Assembly (NCBI GenBank): GCA_038087875.1
Contig: CM075989.1
Location: forward strand, 12,958,001 to 13,022,000
From: Malacoraja senta
Lineage: Eukaryota
Length of the DNA stretch: 64,000 bases
Direction: 5' to 3'
Shown: positions 1-10,772 of the stretch, piece by piece
How positions within the stretch are numbered: position 1 is the first letter of the stretch
How the letters are laid out: the number at the start of each line of letters is the position of its first letter
Notes under the pieces: model-generated
Database searches by the model: none
What the model was told of the DNA's origin: nothing
What the model saw: the letters and a program-made list of their open reading frames with translations, nothing else
Made by a program: the position numbers and the translations under genes

Positions 1-279
1 TCTCGCCCCACCCGGTGATTACAGCGGCTGCCAGAAGGGGCGTTACCTTCATGGTGACTGACAGGCGAGTAGACCAATCTGCTGATCGCACGATTTTTTA
101 AACCTTCATAACTTTTGTAATCCTCCACCGATCGGAACAAAACTTGGTGCGCTTGGAGCAGAGAACGGTGAGTAAGGTGGCGAAAAAATCTTAGCGATTA
201 TAGGATACTGTTTTTGCGCACATTTAAAAAAAACGCAAACCGGAAGAGGACAAGATGAGAGTTTTAGTAATAGTATAGA
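1..279 (-). mobile_element. 5' end of a probable non-autonomous Helitron (runs off the window start)
   Basis: Minus strand reads A|TCTATACTATTACTAAAACTCTC..., i.e. a 5'-TC start after a host A, typical of Helitron 5' termini; CpG-rich body. The 3' hairpin/CTRR end is outside the window. Confidence 0.5.
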
Positions 280-549
280 TAGGTAGATAGATTTCAAAAT
301 TAAATCAAACATATTGACAAGTAATCTATGGCAGTTTAATTAATAATAGAAACAGAAAATGCAGCAGGCCAGGCAGCATCTGTGGGGAGAGAAACCATTC
401 ATACTTCAAGTCTGTGATTCTTCTTCATAATTAAGGAGACGGAACAAGTTCATTATTTCTATCCCCACATATGCTGCCTGGCCTGCTGTGTTTCTCCAGC
501 AATTTTTGTTTTTATTTAGGTTTCTAGTATTTGCGGGTTTTTTTTTAGT

Positions 550-852
550 TTCATGAACTTCGATAAAGTCTTTGACAAGATCTCACATGAAAGGTTGGTC
601 TACATAGTTCGATCCAATGGAAACCGGTCTACATAGTTCGATCCAATGGAAACCGGTGCGAGTTGGATAAAAGGTCCGCGTGGTGATGGAGGAAGGTTGT
701 TTCTGAGCTGGAACCCATAACTAGCTGATAACCTTAATATTTAGGGTTTATTAGGATTATATACATTCACAATTTGTATATGAATGCAGGAGGTATCATT
801 AGTAAGTGCAGTTGACACAAAAGTTAGTGATGTTCTGATTGTGAGGATAATT
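550..852 (+). mobile_element. Degenerate CR1 LINE reverse transcriptase remnant
   Basis: Decayed DF.K.FDK..H..L and downstream RT motifs; interrupted by a SINE at ~853. Confidence 0.55.
597..654. repeat. Perfect 29-bp tandem duplication
   Basis: ggtctacatagttcgatccaatggaaacc x2 (597-625, 626-654). Confidence 0.95.
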
Positions 853-1078
853 TTTAGTTAGTTTAGAGATACAGTGTGGGAACAAGCCCTTCAGTCTATC
901 GAGGCCATGCTGACCAGTGATAACCTCGTACACTAACACTATCCCACACACACTAGGGACAATTTACAATTTTACCAACGCCAATTAACCTACAAACCTG
1001 TACGTCTATGGAATGTGGGATGAAACTGGAGCACCTAGAGAAACCCATGGGGAGAAGTTACAAACTCCATACAGATAG
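853..1078 (-). mobile_element. SINE with CR1-derived tail (HE1/V-SINE-like), 5'-truncated
   Basis: (ctaaa)n-type tail, gaagggcttgttcc...ctgtatctct 3' end and central gtttgtaggttaattggc block; related copies at ~14735, ~19995, ~20615 and ~53925. Confidence 0.7.
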
Positions 1079-1127
1079 TTGTAGGCTATAGGATGATATT
1101 GATCAAATGGTTAAAAAAAAGGTTTGG

Positions 1128-1310
1128 TAAAGGAATGTCAGATGGATATTTTTAAGGCAGAGATAGATTCTTGATTAGTACAGGTGTCAGAGGTTATGGG
1201 AAGGCAGGAGAATGGGGTTCGGAGGGAGAGATAGATCAGCCATGATTGTATGGCGGAGTAGGCTTGATGGGCCGAATGGCCTAATTCGACACCTATCACT
1301 TATGACCTTA
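1128..1310 (+). mobile_element. CR1 LINE 3' end
   Basis: F.K.EIDxFL-type ORF2 end, then gatcagccatgat...gggccgaatggcct 3' UTR. Confidence 0.75.
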
Positions 1311-2293
1311 CCTACTGGACATAATGGGCAGAGCTGCCTGTTTCTGTGCTGCACATGACAGAGAATAAAACGTGTAATACATTTACACTGGAAGGGAAGT
1401 GCACAAAACGAACATTGGCAGGTTGTGTTAGTGATCAAACAGACAGCAGATGGAATAAAATGTGAGGTTGTGTTCTTTGGCAGCAAGAATATAAAAGCAG
1501 ATGTTTTAATGGTGAGAAATTACACAAGGGCCTCTAGGTAGGTAGAGAGCAGAGGGTAAACATACAAGTTCAGCAAGCAAGTGGTTCATGCACTGGACCT
1601 CACTGGAGACTGGTGAGCAGAAGGCATTGTTGCTGATGTTGGACAGGGCTGTGTGGAGAACATGATGTATGACCGCACTGCTCCCCTGGTCCTACCTCAT
1701 TTCCCTCTCCCAATCCGCCATGGACCAAAAATATGTCTTGAACCTAAATATTTATTTCTGAATGTTTATTGTAATGGATAACTTGTCTTGGGGCAGCTGC
1801 ATCAGATAAAGTCAGGAATCTGTCACGTTCTTAGAAATACAGTGGTCTTTGTCAACATCTTGGAAATGTGGTGAATGTCTTTTTCAAGCCCAGATTCACG
1901 GTAGTTTTAGTGATATTACTAACCTAAGAAACTGGTCCCACTGGTGTACCTAACCAAGGGAAGCACAATTGTCAGAATAATTGTGGCACAATTCATCCTT
2001 CTACCTCTTTTCAATTAAAGAACATTCAGTGAGTAGAATCCAGGCCAAGTCAACGATCTGCTTTGTAACAAAATGCTTGAAGTAAATTTAAAAGAAAAAA
2101 CTGGAACACATATTCATCGAGTCATTAATGAACGAGCCATGAAAGATTTTATATGACTACAAGCTTGAATAATGCTTTAAAAATGAACAAGACACTTTGT
2201 GTGCATGTCAGGCACTTATAACCCAGGGAGCCTCTGTACAGTGAGGAAACATTGGAATCAATAACAAAGGATACAAGAGAACATCTTGAAAAG

Positions 2294-2394
2294 GGTCTGA
2301 ACATCTGAAGAAGGGTCTCGACCCGAAACGTCAACCATTCTTTCTCTCTAGAGATGCTGCCTGTCCTGCTGAATTACTCCAGCTTTTTGTGTTT
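2294..2394 (+). mobile_element. 101-bp Penelope pLTR-derived insertion carrying a minimal hammerhead motif
   Basis: Flanked by 11-bp TSD atcttgaaaag (2283-2293, 2395-2405). Confidence 0.75.
2305..2332 (+). ncRNA. Minimal type I hammerhead ribozyme core (Penelope-type)
   Basis: CTGAAGA-A-GGGT(CTCG)ACCC-GAAAC-GTC: CUGANGA box, stem II, GAAA box, palindromic ACGU in place of stem III and a GUC cleavage triplet. Stem I is disrupted in this copy. Confidence 0.6.
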
Positions 2395-2649
2395 ATCTTG
2401 AAAAGAATGATCGGTTTAAGCAGACTCACCTTGGGTTAATGAAAGGAAGATTGTGTTCTACCGGTCTGTTGGAGTTTTGTGTGGATGCAACCAGTGGAAT
2501 AGAAAAGGGAAAATCAGTTGTTGGGGTGGACTTTAATCTCTATAAGGTTGTCAAGATGGTCTCACACTGAAGGTTGCTGATCAAGGATATGACACAAGGA
2601 TTTATGGAATTACCTCAATGTGGATGAGTGCTGGTTTATATAGTGAAAC

Positions 2650-2870
2650 TGCCCAAAGTGGAGGAGAATTGGGATGAGATTGAGAATTGGGCATCTTTTT
2701 ATAGAGAGCACATGGATCCTGAGGAACCAATGGCTACTCATCGAGTGAGCCATCCTCCCGCCTGGACCAGCAGCATGTCCGGCCCCATCCACGGGAGGGT
2801 CTGTGGGTCCCACACCAGCCTCAGCAGTCACCTCAGAAGCCATGGGCCCCAAATGCAAGAAAGTCTTCCT
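2650..2870 (+). mobile_element. RTE-clade (BovB-like) LINE 3' remnant
   Basis: Encodes GRVCGSHTSLSSHLRSH, resembling the C-terminal C2H2-like motif of RTE ORFs. Confidence 0.55.
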
Positions 2871-3929
2871 CCAGATAAGATTTGCAAAATGCAGAACATG
2901 TTAACCAGAATTCCTGGGTTTGATGTGGCAAAATTCCAGCTCGTGGCAAAAACAGTTGCCTGCAGCCCCACAACAATCGACAAATCCACCCGCTGATCTC
3001 TCAATCGTTCCTTCATATTACAGGCTGTACATAAATTGGCTGTTCATAAGCTGTGGGTGATCTGTATTGTCATTGTTGATGGAATATTATCTTCAATTGG
3101 CTGGATATCATGATCCTTCTTGTTAAAAATATCACCCATTCTGTACTTGGGTCCAGTACATAGCAGAGAAATGAGAAATCAGCAAATAGACCATCATGGT
3201 CAGAGCAATAGTAGCCAAAGTCTTTAATCGTAGCGTGTGACCTAGGATGGATGGTTTGAGATCTGTAAGCAGTCCCAGGAACATGGATGATGAGAGCAGC
3301 GAGGGTTTAAACCAGGGAGTATAACCAACAGCCACTATAATGAGTAATTCATCACAGCGTGCCAGCCTTGGTGACACGGCCAGCCTTAGTGTCACAGCCG
3401 AATCACTAACTGAGCAGCCCCATCTTTTATATTCTGAATATATTAAACTTGTCAGTATTCATTTTTGATGGCACAATCAAATTTTCTAACTTTGCTAGTT
3501 TACAAACTGTTTAATAGCAAATCCAGTCTAAAGCTAGTGCCTCGTTGACTACAATTACACATCATACGTTACTGGACACGGCCTACAATACAATGCACAA
3601 TTTGAAATATTCCAACACTGTCATTCTATATGCTTGTTTAGTGAATAATTAGTCATTAGCACATTGCAGACATACCCAACTCCCCATTATTGGCAACACT
3701 CAAGTATTTCTGTTCATTGAATGCAACTTCTACATTGAAATAATTTAAAACACAGAATAGGGAAAGCTTGCTTCTTTATTGCACCTTTTAAGACAGTGAT
3801 TGCCCAGCAACTTGTACGTAGGATTCCACAGACAGCAATAAATGTCCTCCAGCAGGGTGGAGTGACCTGGAAGGGGATCCACCCAAGTTGTTTAACTAAT
3901 TCCACAGCTCACCACATTGTATCTACCAG

Positions 3930-4119
3930 GGCAGCACCCTGCCTGAAGTCATTAGTTGCCGGCCCTGATTTGTCTTGGTCTTTTTCTGCCTCCAGCTCTT
4001 CCCCCATCTGCACCCCGCTACTTTCAGTCCGAAGAAAGGTCTCGACCCGAAATGTCACACATCCTTTTTCTCCAGAGATGCTGCCTGACCTGCTGCCACT
4101 TTTGTGTCTATCTTTGGTG
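3930..4119 (+). mobile_element. Penelope pLTR fragment with mutated hammerhead motif
   Basis: ccgaagaaaggtctcgacccgaaatgtc followed by the shared ccagagatgctgcctgacctgctg block. Confidence 0.6.
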
Positions 4120-4121
4120 TA

Positions 4122-4333
4122 CAGTGCCCTCCATAATGTTTGGGACAAAGACCCATCATTTATTTATTTGCCTCTGTTCTCCACAATTTGAGATTTGTAA
4201 TAGAAAAAAATACACGTGGTTAAAGTGCACATTGTCAGATTTTATTAAAGGCCATTTTTATACACTTTGGTTTCACCATGTAGAAATTACAGCTGTGTTT
4301 ATACATATTCCCCCCCATTTCAGGGCACCATAA
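4122..4333. mobile_element. One terminal IR/DR arm of a Tc1-like transposon (different family from the one at 25982)
   Basis: TA|CAGTGCCCTCCATAATGTTTGGGACA terminus; inner direct repeat cagggcaccataa at 4321, cut by the next element. Confidence 0.65.
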
Positions 4334-4870
4334 CAGGGCTCAAAATTAACGGTTGCCCAGGTGCCAATGGACACCTACAGTCCTGCTGGGCAACCTAAAA
4401 GCCGTGCCATTTTTCCCGGCCTGGCAAGCACCCGGGACACCTATCGTTCAATTCTGAGTGAGCCCCCCCTCTCTATCTTTCTCTCTGTCACTCTCCGTCT
4501 CTGCCCGCCATCCGTATCCGTGTCCCGGCCGCCGGTTCTCCACTCTCTGCCTGCTCCTCTTTCGCTGGCACGGCCAGCCGCCTTGCACATGTGCACTGCC
4601 ACGGCCTGCACATCCTCCCCCTGCACATGCGCACAACCACGGCCAGCACATCATCGGCCGCCCTGCAGATGCACACTGCCACGGCAACTGGTCGGCGCCG
4701 GGCATTTTCTCCCTCCCTTTGCATTGTGGGAGATCTGGCCGCCATTGCTGTCCGGTTGCCGCCTCGCTGCGACCGCTGCAAACCAACGCACAATCACTCC
4801 CTGGACTCCCTGGAGTAACTCTTGCTCCTTGGTTTCCTGGTCCTCCAAAAATATTCCAAATGGAATGTAA
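4334..4870. mobile_element. hAT-like non-autonomous element fragment with internal ~40-bp imperfect repeats
   Basis: Begins CAGGGCTCAAAATT; three gca(c/g)atg..cac..ccacggc units at ~4584-4686; no matching right TIR seen. Confidence 0.4.
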
Positions 4871-4981
4871 ACTGGAGTGGACCCTCCACCACCAAACTCC
4901 AAACTCTGAAAAATAACAGCCTATAGCACTTCATCTGTTTATTTATTGTGTATATATATGGTCTACGGTATATAGACACAC

Positions 4982-5690
4982 CAGGGCCGGCCTTAGGGGG
5001 TGCGGGGCCCAATTGGGAACAATTTTGGTGAGCCCCAGGTTCCCAGCCAAGGTCTGTCAGCCCAGTTATTTAGTATATATTATGAAATTGTACACTGAGG
5101 TGCTATGGATTATACACTATCTGAATCTCTCCTGCTCCTGTTTGACTGTCAGTACCTCCACTGGCTTCAAACCTTTACCGTAGCAGCTAATTACCATTAA
5201 ACTGCATTATGTTATTGGACACAATGCCCTTTGAGACAGCGGCTGATTGGACGGGAGACCTATTTGTTGATTGGACAGGAATTTTAAGGCAAGCTGGTTG
5301 GTGATTGGACGCAACCCCCTTAGAGACAGCGATTGATTGGCCGCCACATAATCAGGCACAAAAATATTGACAAATAGGAAAACAAAAATCGCTGGTCAGT
5401 GCGAACTCAGTGGACTATCTGGCTGTAACTCCAAACTAAACAGTATAACATGCAGGTACATTCATTTAAAATAAAATTCAGTGATTATTTCACATGATTT
5501 GTCACTGTGTAAAGCTCAGTATCTGACCAATTTTAATACATTTGGTCTGCGGTGAGCATTTTTCTCTCCCTAAACAGTTCATATCTAGCAATACCATCAA
5601 CGAACCAGACAGCAGTTGGACGCAGTCATGCGATTAGCAAGCGATTGATAAGATTTGATGGGGCACCCTAAGCTTTTTTGCACTAGTCTT
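4982..5690. mobile_element. hAT-like non-autonomous element fragment inserted in a Rex/Babar-type 3' UTR
   Basis: Begins CAGGGCCGGCCTTAGG; flanked on both sides (4900-4980, 5700-5830) by Rex-type tail sequence. Confidence 0.4.
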
Positions 5691-6382
5691 AGGGTTAAGT
5701 TATTGAATTTATTTGTTTCTCATTTGTTCTCATACAATCTATGAGTATTGTGTTTACACACCTGTTATGCTGCTGCAAATAAGAATTTCATTGTTCTGAG
5801 ATGGGTACACATGACAATTATACATTCTTGACGCGACTCTCCACTCATGAATTTGTGCAATAGAAAACGGGTAACCATTGCACTCTGCGTCAAGTTAAAA
5901 AGAGTCAGCAGTTAGTCAGGAAGTGACTATTCGCCTCCAAAGAGCAACCCTTTGTTAGGTGGCTTCACTAAATGGTGTGACTCAATATTCCTCCAGCAGT
6001 TTTTTTTTTTTTGCTCAAGATCTGCAGCATCTGCAGTCGCTTGCGATTTAATACTATGTTCCGCTGCGATCTAACTAATGGATGGCCCATGCTGAAGCAC
6101 ACGGAGCATTGAAATGCTAATACGACAATTAGGAAGAATATTAAACAATACAGTAACACGTAAAATTAAACTGGGGTTTAATTTTACAAATGCCCATTTT
6201 CACGAAGCAAGTCACTTTTGGCAACTATACCAGTTTTTAAGAAGGCAGAATTTGCACTGACCACTTGAAAATAAATCAGTGGTTAACTGGCAATGTAAAC
6301 GTGATGGTGTGCCTGCCACCAAAGCAGCAGGCACCGTGGGAGGAAGGTGGGGGAGAGGGAGATGAATGTGGACGGACAGGGG

Positions 6383-6518
6383 GTGAAACAAAAAGATAAA
6401 GAGCTGGTTTCAGTCCAACAGCAGTACAAAACTTGAAACAGCTGGTGACAGGGCTAAGAGGCTGACGTCCTTCAGGCTGCTGTTGGACTGAAACCAGCTC
6501 TTTATCTTTTTCTTTCAC
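6383..6518. repeat. Inverted repeat: 35-bp perfect arms (42 bp with one mismatch), 52-nt loop
   Basis: 6390-6424 aaaaagataaagagctggtttcagtccaacagcag is the exact reverse complement of 6477-6511. Confidence 0.95.
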
Positions 6519-6684
6519 AGAATCACTTCAAGCCCGGTCTCTGCATTATAAGTGCAACATGAACAGTGATGGAAATGGGTTTTAGGAACTAGGGGTACGC
6601 TAAGGTCCGTGAGGCTGAGGTTGGGAAGGGGGGGGGGGTAGACGCTATAAGCCCCCCGTGAGAAATTTGATTTCTCTGAAATTG

Positions 6685-7185
6685 AAGATAGACATAAAGC
6701 TGGAGTAACTCAGCAGGACAGGCAGCGCAACGACTCTGGAGAGAAGACCCTTCTTCAGACTGAACTGAACTCTCATCGGTGAGAGTACTTGTGATTGTCT
6801 GAAGGGTCTCGGCCAGAAACGCAACCCTCTCCCCAGAGCCCATGCCCGCTGAGCCACCTTCAACTTCAGAGCCAAACAAAAAACATAGAGTGCTGGAGGA
6901 ACTCAGCGGGCAAGACGGCACCCGCGGAGGGAACGGTCCAGGAGCCGCCATGGGCCAGGACTCTCTCTCTCCCTCCCCCCCCCCCCCACCAACAGAAAGG
7001 AACTGCAGATTAAGCCGTCACCGCAAAATGTCTAAGAAGGAATTGCAGATGCTGGAAAATCGAAGGTAGACAAAAATGCTGGAGAAACCCAGCGGGTGAG
7101 GCAGCATCTATGGAACGAAGGAAATAGCCAACGTTTCGGCCCGAAACTTTGCCTATTTCCTTCGCTCCATAGATGCTGCCTCACC
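6685..7185. mobile_element. Cluster of inverted Penelope pLTR/hammerhead fragments
   Basis: Alternating minus and plus copies of the gatgctgcc/gctgagttactccagc unit; 7095-7185 is a near-perfect palindrome ending at the gap. Confidence 0.65.
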
Positions 7186-7385
7186 NNNNNNNNNNNNNNN
7201 NNNNNNNNNNNNNNNNNNNNNNNNNNNNNNNNNNNNNNNNNNNNNNNNNNNNNNNNNNNNNNNNNNNNNNNNNNNNNNNNNNNNNNNNNNNNNNNNNNNN
7301 NNNNNNNNNNNNNNNNNNNNNNNNNNNNNNNNNNNNNNNNNNNNNNNNNNNNNNNNNNNNNNNNNNNNNNNNNNNNNNNNNNNNN
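7186..7385. other. Assembly gap (200 N placeholder)
   Basis: Exactly 200 N, as for the other two gaps, so the true size is unknown. Confidence 1.
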
Positions 7386-7879
7386 ACTCCCTTGGACTTG
7401 GCAGCGTTCTCTGTGACACCCCTCCCACAACATGGCACCCCTTCCACACAGCGCAGTTTCCTCCACGCTGCCTCCCCCCACCATCAAGGCAGGGCAGTTC
7501 CGGAGCAGAGCACATCCTCAGCAATACTCCTCCCACAGCGTGGGCATGAACTACCTGCGTAGCTTTGGTTTTATTTTTCTGGAGGTGGCATTAAGGCTCT
7601 GAATCACAGTCAGTTCCAGAATGGCTATTCATGATTATTATATCATTCAATGTTGAGCAATTAAAGTAGGTGTTTTGAATATGTCAGGTGTTCATTAGAG
7701 CTCTTTCTAAAACGTTTCACCATTTGCTGGCCAAGTAGAGACATGTAGTAACCTGAAGCAGAAAGTACAGTAATCTTGCTGAAGTTTTCCACAGGGGCCC
7801 ACCCTATTGTGGACAGGGTCTTGTACTGCAACAGCTCCAAAAACAAGGGGACAGGGTCTTGTACTGCAACAGCTCCAAA

Positions 7880-9316
7880 TCCCTCAACAAGCTGGATTCC
7901 GACCTGGCAAATCCACAACAAGTCAACTTCTGAATCTCACACAGCACATTGAAGACGGGTTCCAGAAAGGACTGGTGACAGGAGCCGTCTTTGTTGATCT
8001 GTCTGCCGCGTATGACACTGTGAACCACCGCCTCCTCCTAAAAAAGATCTTGGAGAATACTAAAGACCTGGCACTCACGGACCTCATCGGAGCCCTCCTG
8101 AAAGATAGGCGCTTCTATGTTGTCCTTAACAACAAGCAAAGTCGCTGGCGACGACAACGGAATGGCTTGCCTCAAGGTAGTTTGCTGGCTCCACTACTAT
8201 ATAACATCTACACCAATGACCAGCCAATGGACCAGAACACTGAGCGGTTCATCTACGCCGACGACCTCTGTGTAACATCCCAAGAGAGTACGTTTGAAGC
8301 TGTAGAAGCGAATCTCACCTCAGCCCTAGATGAGCTACACCTCTACTACGAGCGCAACCACCTACACGCAAACCCTGCGAAGACCCAAGCCTGCTCATTC
8401 CATCTCAGGAACCGGGAAGCAAACAGACCCCTTAACATCACATGGTCTGGAACACCTCTTGAGCACTGCACCAACCCTGTCTACCTCGGTGTAACACTGG
8501 ATCGCACTCTCTCCTATAAGGAACACGTCAAAAACACCAAACTGAAAGTAAACTCCCGGAATAACATCCTCCGGAAGCTGACCAACTCCAAATGGGGAGC
8601 CACAGCTCACACATTAAGATCTACTGCTCTGGCCCTGTGCTACTCCTCTGCGGAGTATGCGTGTCCTGTTTGGGAGAGATCATCCCATGCCAAGAAACTA
8701 GACCCAGCGTTGAATAACACCTGCCACTCACTTGAAGCCCACCAACATAAACAACCTGCACCTCCTCGCTGGCATTGCCCCTGCTGATGTGAGACGGGAA
8801 GTCGCCAGCCGAGTAGAGATGACCAAGGCCACCAATGATGAACGCCACCTCCTCTACGGACGTGTACCCCCGGCCCAACGGCTGAAGTCCAGGAGAAGTT
8901 TTCTCAGCCATGTCCAGCCCCTAATAGCATCACGGGAAGAAACCAGACTCCAACTATGGACAAAAAGGCTTGAGGACGACCCCCCTCCTACTGACATGGG
9001 TATCCCTCCTTCTGAAGCCCTCCCTCCGGGCTCAGAAGCACCATGGGTCCAGTGGAAGACGCTCAACCGCCTGAGAACAGGAACAGGGCGATCAAAAGAT
9101 GCCATGGCCAGATGGGGCTATGAAACTGGCCAAACCACCTGTGAATGTGGAGAAGAGGACCACACAATGCAGCACCGCCTTGTCTGCCCCCTACTACCCA
9201 ACCAGTGCAGCTCAAAGGATCTTGCAGTATTCAATAAAAACGCAAAGTACTGTGTAAAGGAATGGGAAACTGCCATATAGCCAACCAGCTTCAAAGACAC
9301 GAAAAGAAGAAGAAGA
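7880..9316 (+). mobile_element. 5'-truncated Ingi/Vingi-like (I-group) non-LTR retrotransposon: RT plus C-terminal Cys/His finger
   Basis: QQAGFRPG, VDLSAAYDTV, GLPQGS, YADD, YLGVTLD, then RLRTG...CECG..HTMQH...CP; no RNase H; one frameshift near 8725-8732; stop at 9280; (AAG)n tail; 13-bp TSD agctccaaaaaca (7833-7845, 9317-9329). Confidence 0.88.
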
Positions 9317-10730
9317 AGCTCCAAAAACACCAGCTCCCGAAGCCTCAATTCACTTGCAACCAAAATATTTAGCCTTTAAAACTCCTGAACAGTGCATCTG
9401 CAGCCGGAGATCCACATTTCCAGCCTGAGGGCAATGCAGCAGGAAAATGGTAGTAGTTTTAATGGGACAATTACAAATTACAGCATCGCAAAGGTGAAAA
9501 GCATATAACAATCAAAGAACCTTGCAAGAATGCAATATGCCATCATATCTGCTCCCCACAATTAGCGATCCTGACGAAGATTAAGCACGCACATTGTAAA
9601 GTGAACCATTCACTTGGTCCACACTGAAGTTTCTCCACCCCTTTCACGTCACGGAGAAAGTTCTTGTTCCAAAGAGTGTTGTGCAGAAAAATATGACATT
9701 TAACCTGTGCATGACAACAGCAAATTCTGCAGGAGAGCACACACATAATGGACTGACTGACCTCTCAGACTTGCCTTTTTTTCAAGAATTAAACTACTGA
9801 TTAATCTAAGTATTTAACTTCACCCATTGCAAACCTGAATAAACCAGGATCTTCCAACAGGATGTAATAATCAGTTACTGCACTAAATTATTACTTGCCG
9901 CGTGATTCTTTTTAGTTGTTGGCATTTGCAATTTTTTTTAACTGCTTTAACAATCTGTGTAATCTTTATGTGTAACGTAATTACTTATATGAGACTTGAA
10001 GAAATTTAAGGGATTTCAGTTTGATGTTGGGACTGTTGGTGTAGAAACATTAGCCTTTAAACAGGGAAGTAACAACTCAGAAATCATGCTGGTGTCAAGA
10101 GAAGGGACCTTGTATGGGCTGAAGGGCATGATGTTCACAGGGAGAGGGCAAGTGTGAATCAAGAAAACGCAGGTGGATGGACTGAGGAGGCTAAAAAGAC
10201 ACTGGGAGCGAGGTGAATGGATTGAAGTGATGGAGGGAGCAGAGCAGGTGCCAGCATTTTTTCTCTGGCATCATTGAGCATCATTTCCAACCACACCACA
10301 GCAAGTACTAGTCAAGGTAGTTTTAAAGACATGCTGAGATTCCGCCTACACCCTTCCAAACCACAGAGGTCAGAATAATTTTCAAATTCTCTCTAATCCT
10401 ACACTCATTTCTTAAAATTGCCCAACAAGGAACATAGTCTTAGATGCATGTTTACTGTTGACAACACAATCTTTGTCTCTGAAGCAGCAGGAGTTCAGAA
10501 GGTGCATGGACAAAGCTAGGGAGTGAAAAACCTGAAACACTCTGAAAATTAAGTGCTGCCCTCCAATGAGGCTCTGGTGCAGGGGAGTTCAGGTGGACAG
10601 AGGAGATTAAAACACAAAGAATCAAGATATCATCATCATGGTGAAAAATAAAATGGAGTTTTAGCTGGAATGGAAAAGCATTTCTGACAGCACCATCAAG
10701 AAGTCTGTGTACAGCACAGAAGTTCACCCA

Positions 10731-10772
10731 CAGCACAGAGCAGGCCTCAGCACAGAGCAGGCCTCAGCACAG
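10731..10772. repeat. 17-bp tandem repeat, 2.5 copies
   Basis: cagcacagagcaggcct x2 plus cagcacag. Confidence 0.9.

Noticed and set aside
4361-4916. Several 100-170 aa ORFs on both strands
   Set aside because: They arise from GC-rich internal repeats of a non-autonomous element.
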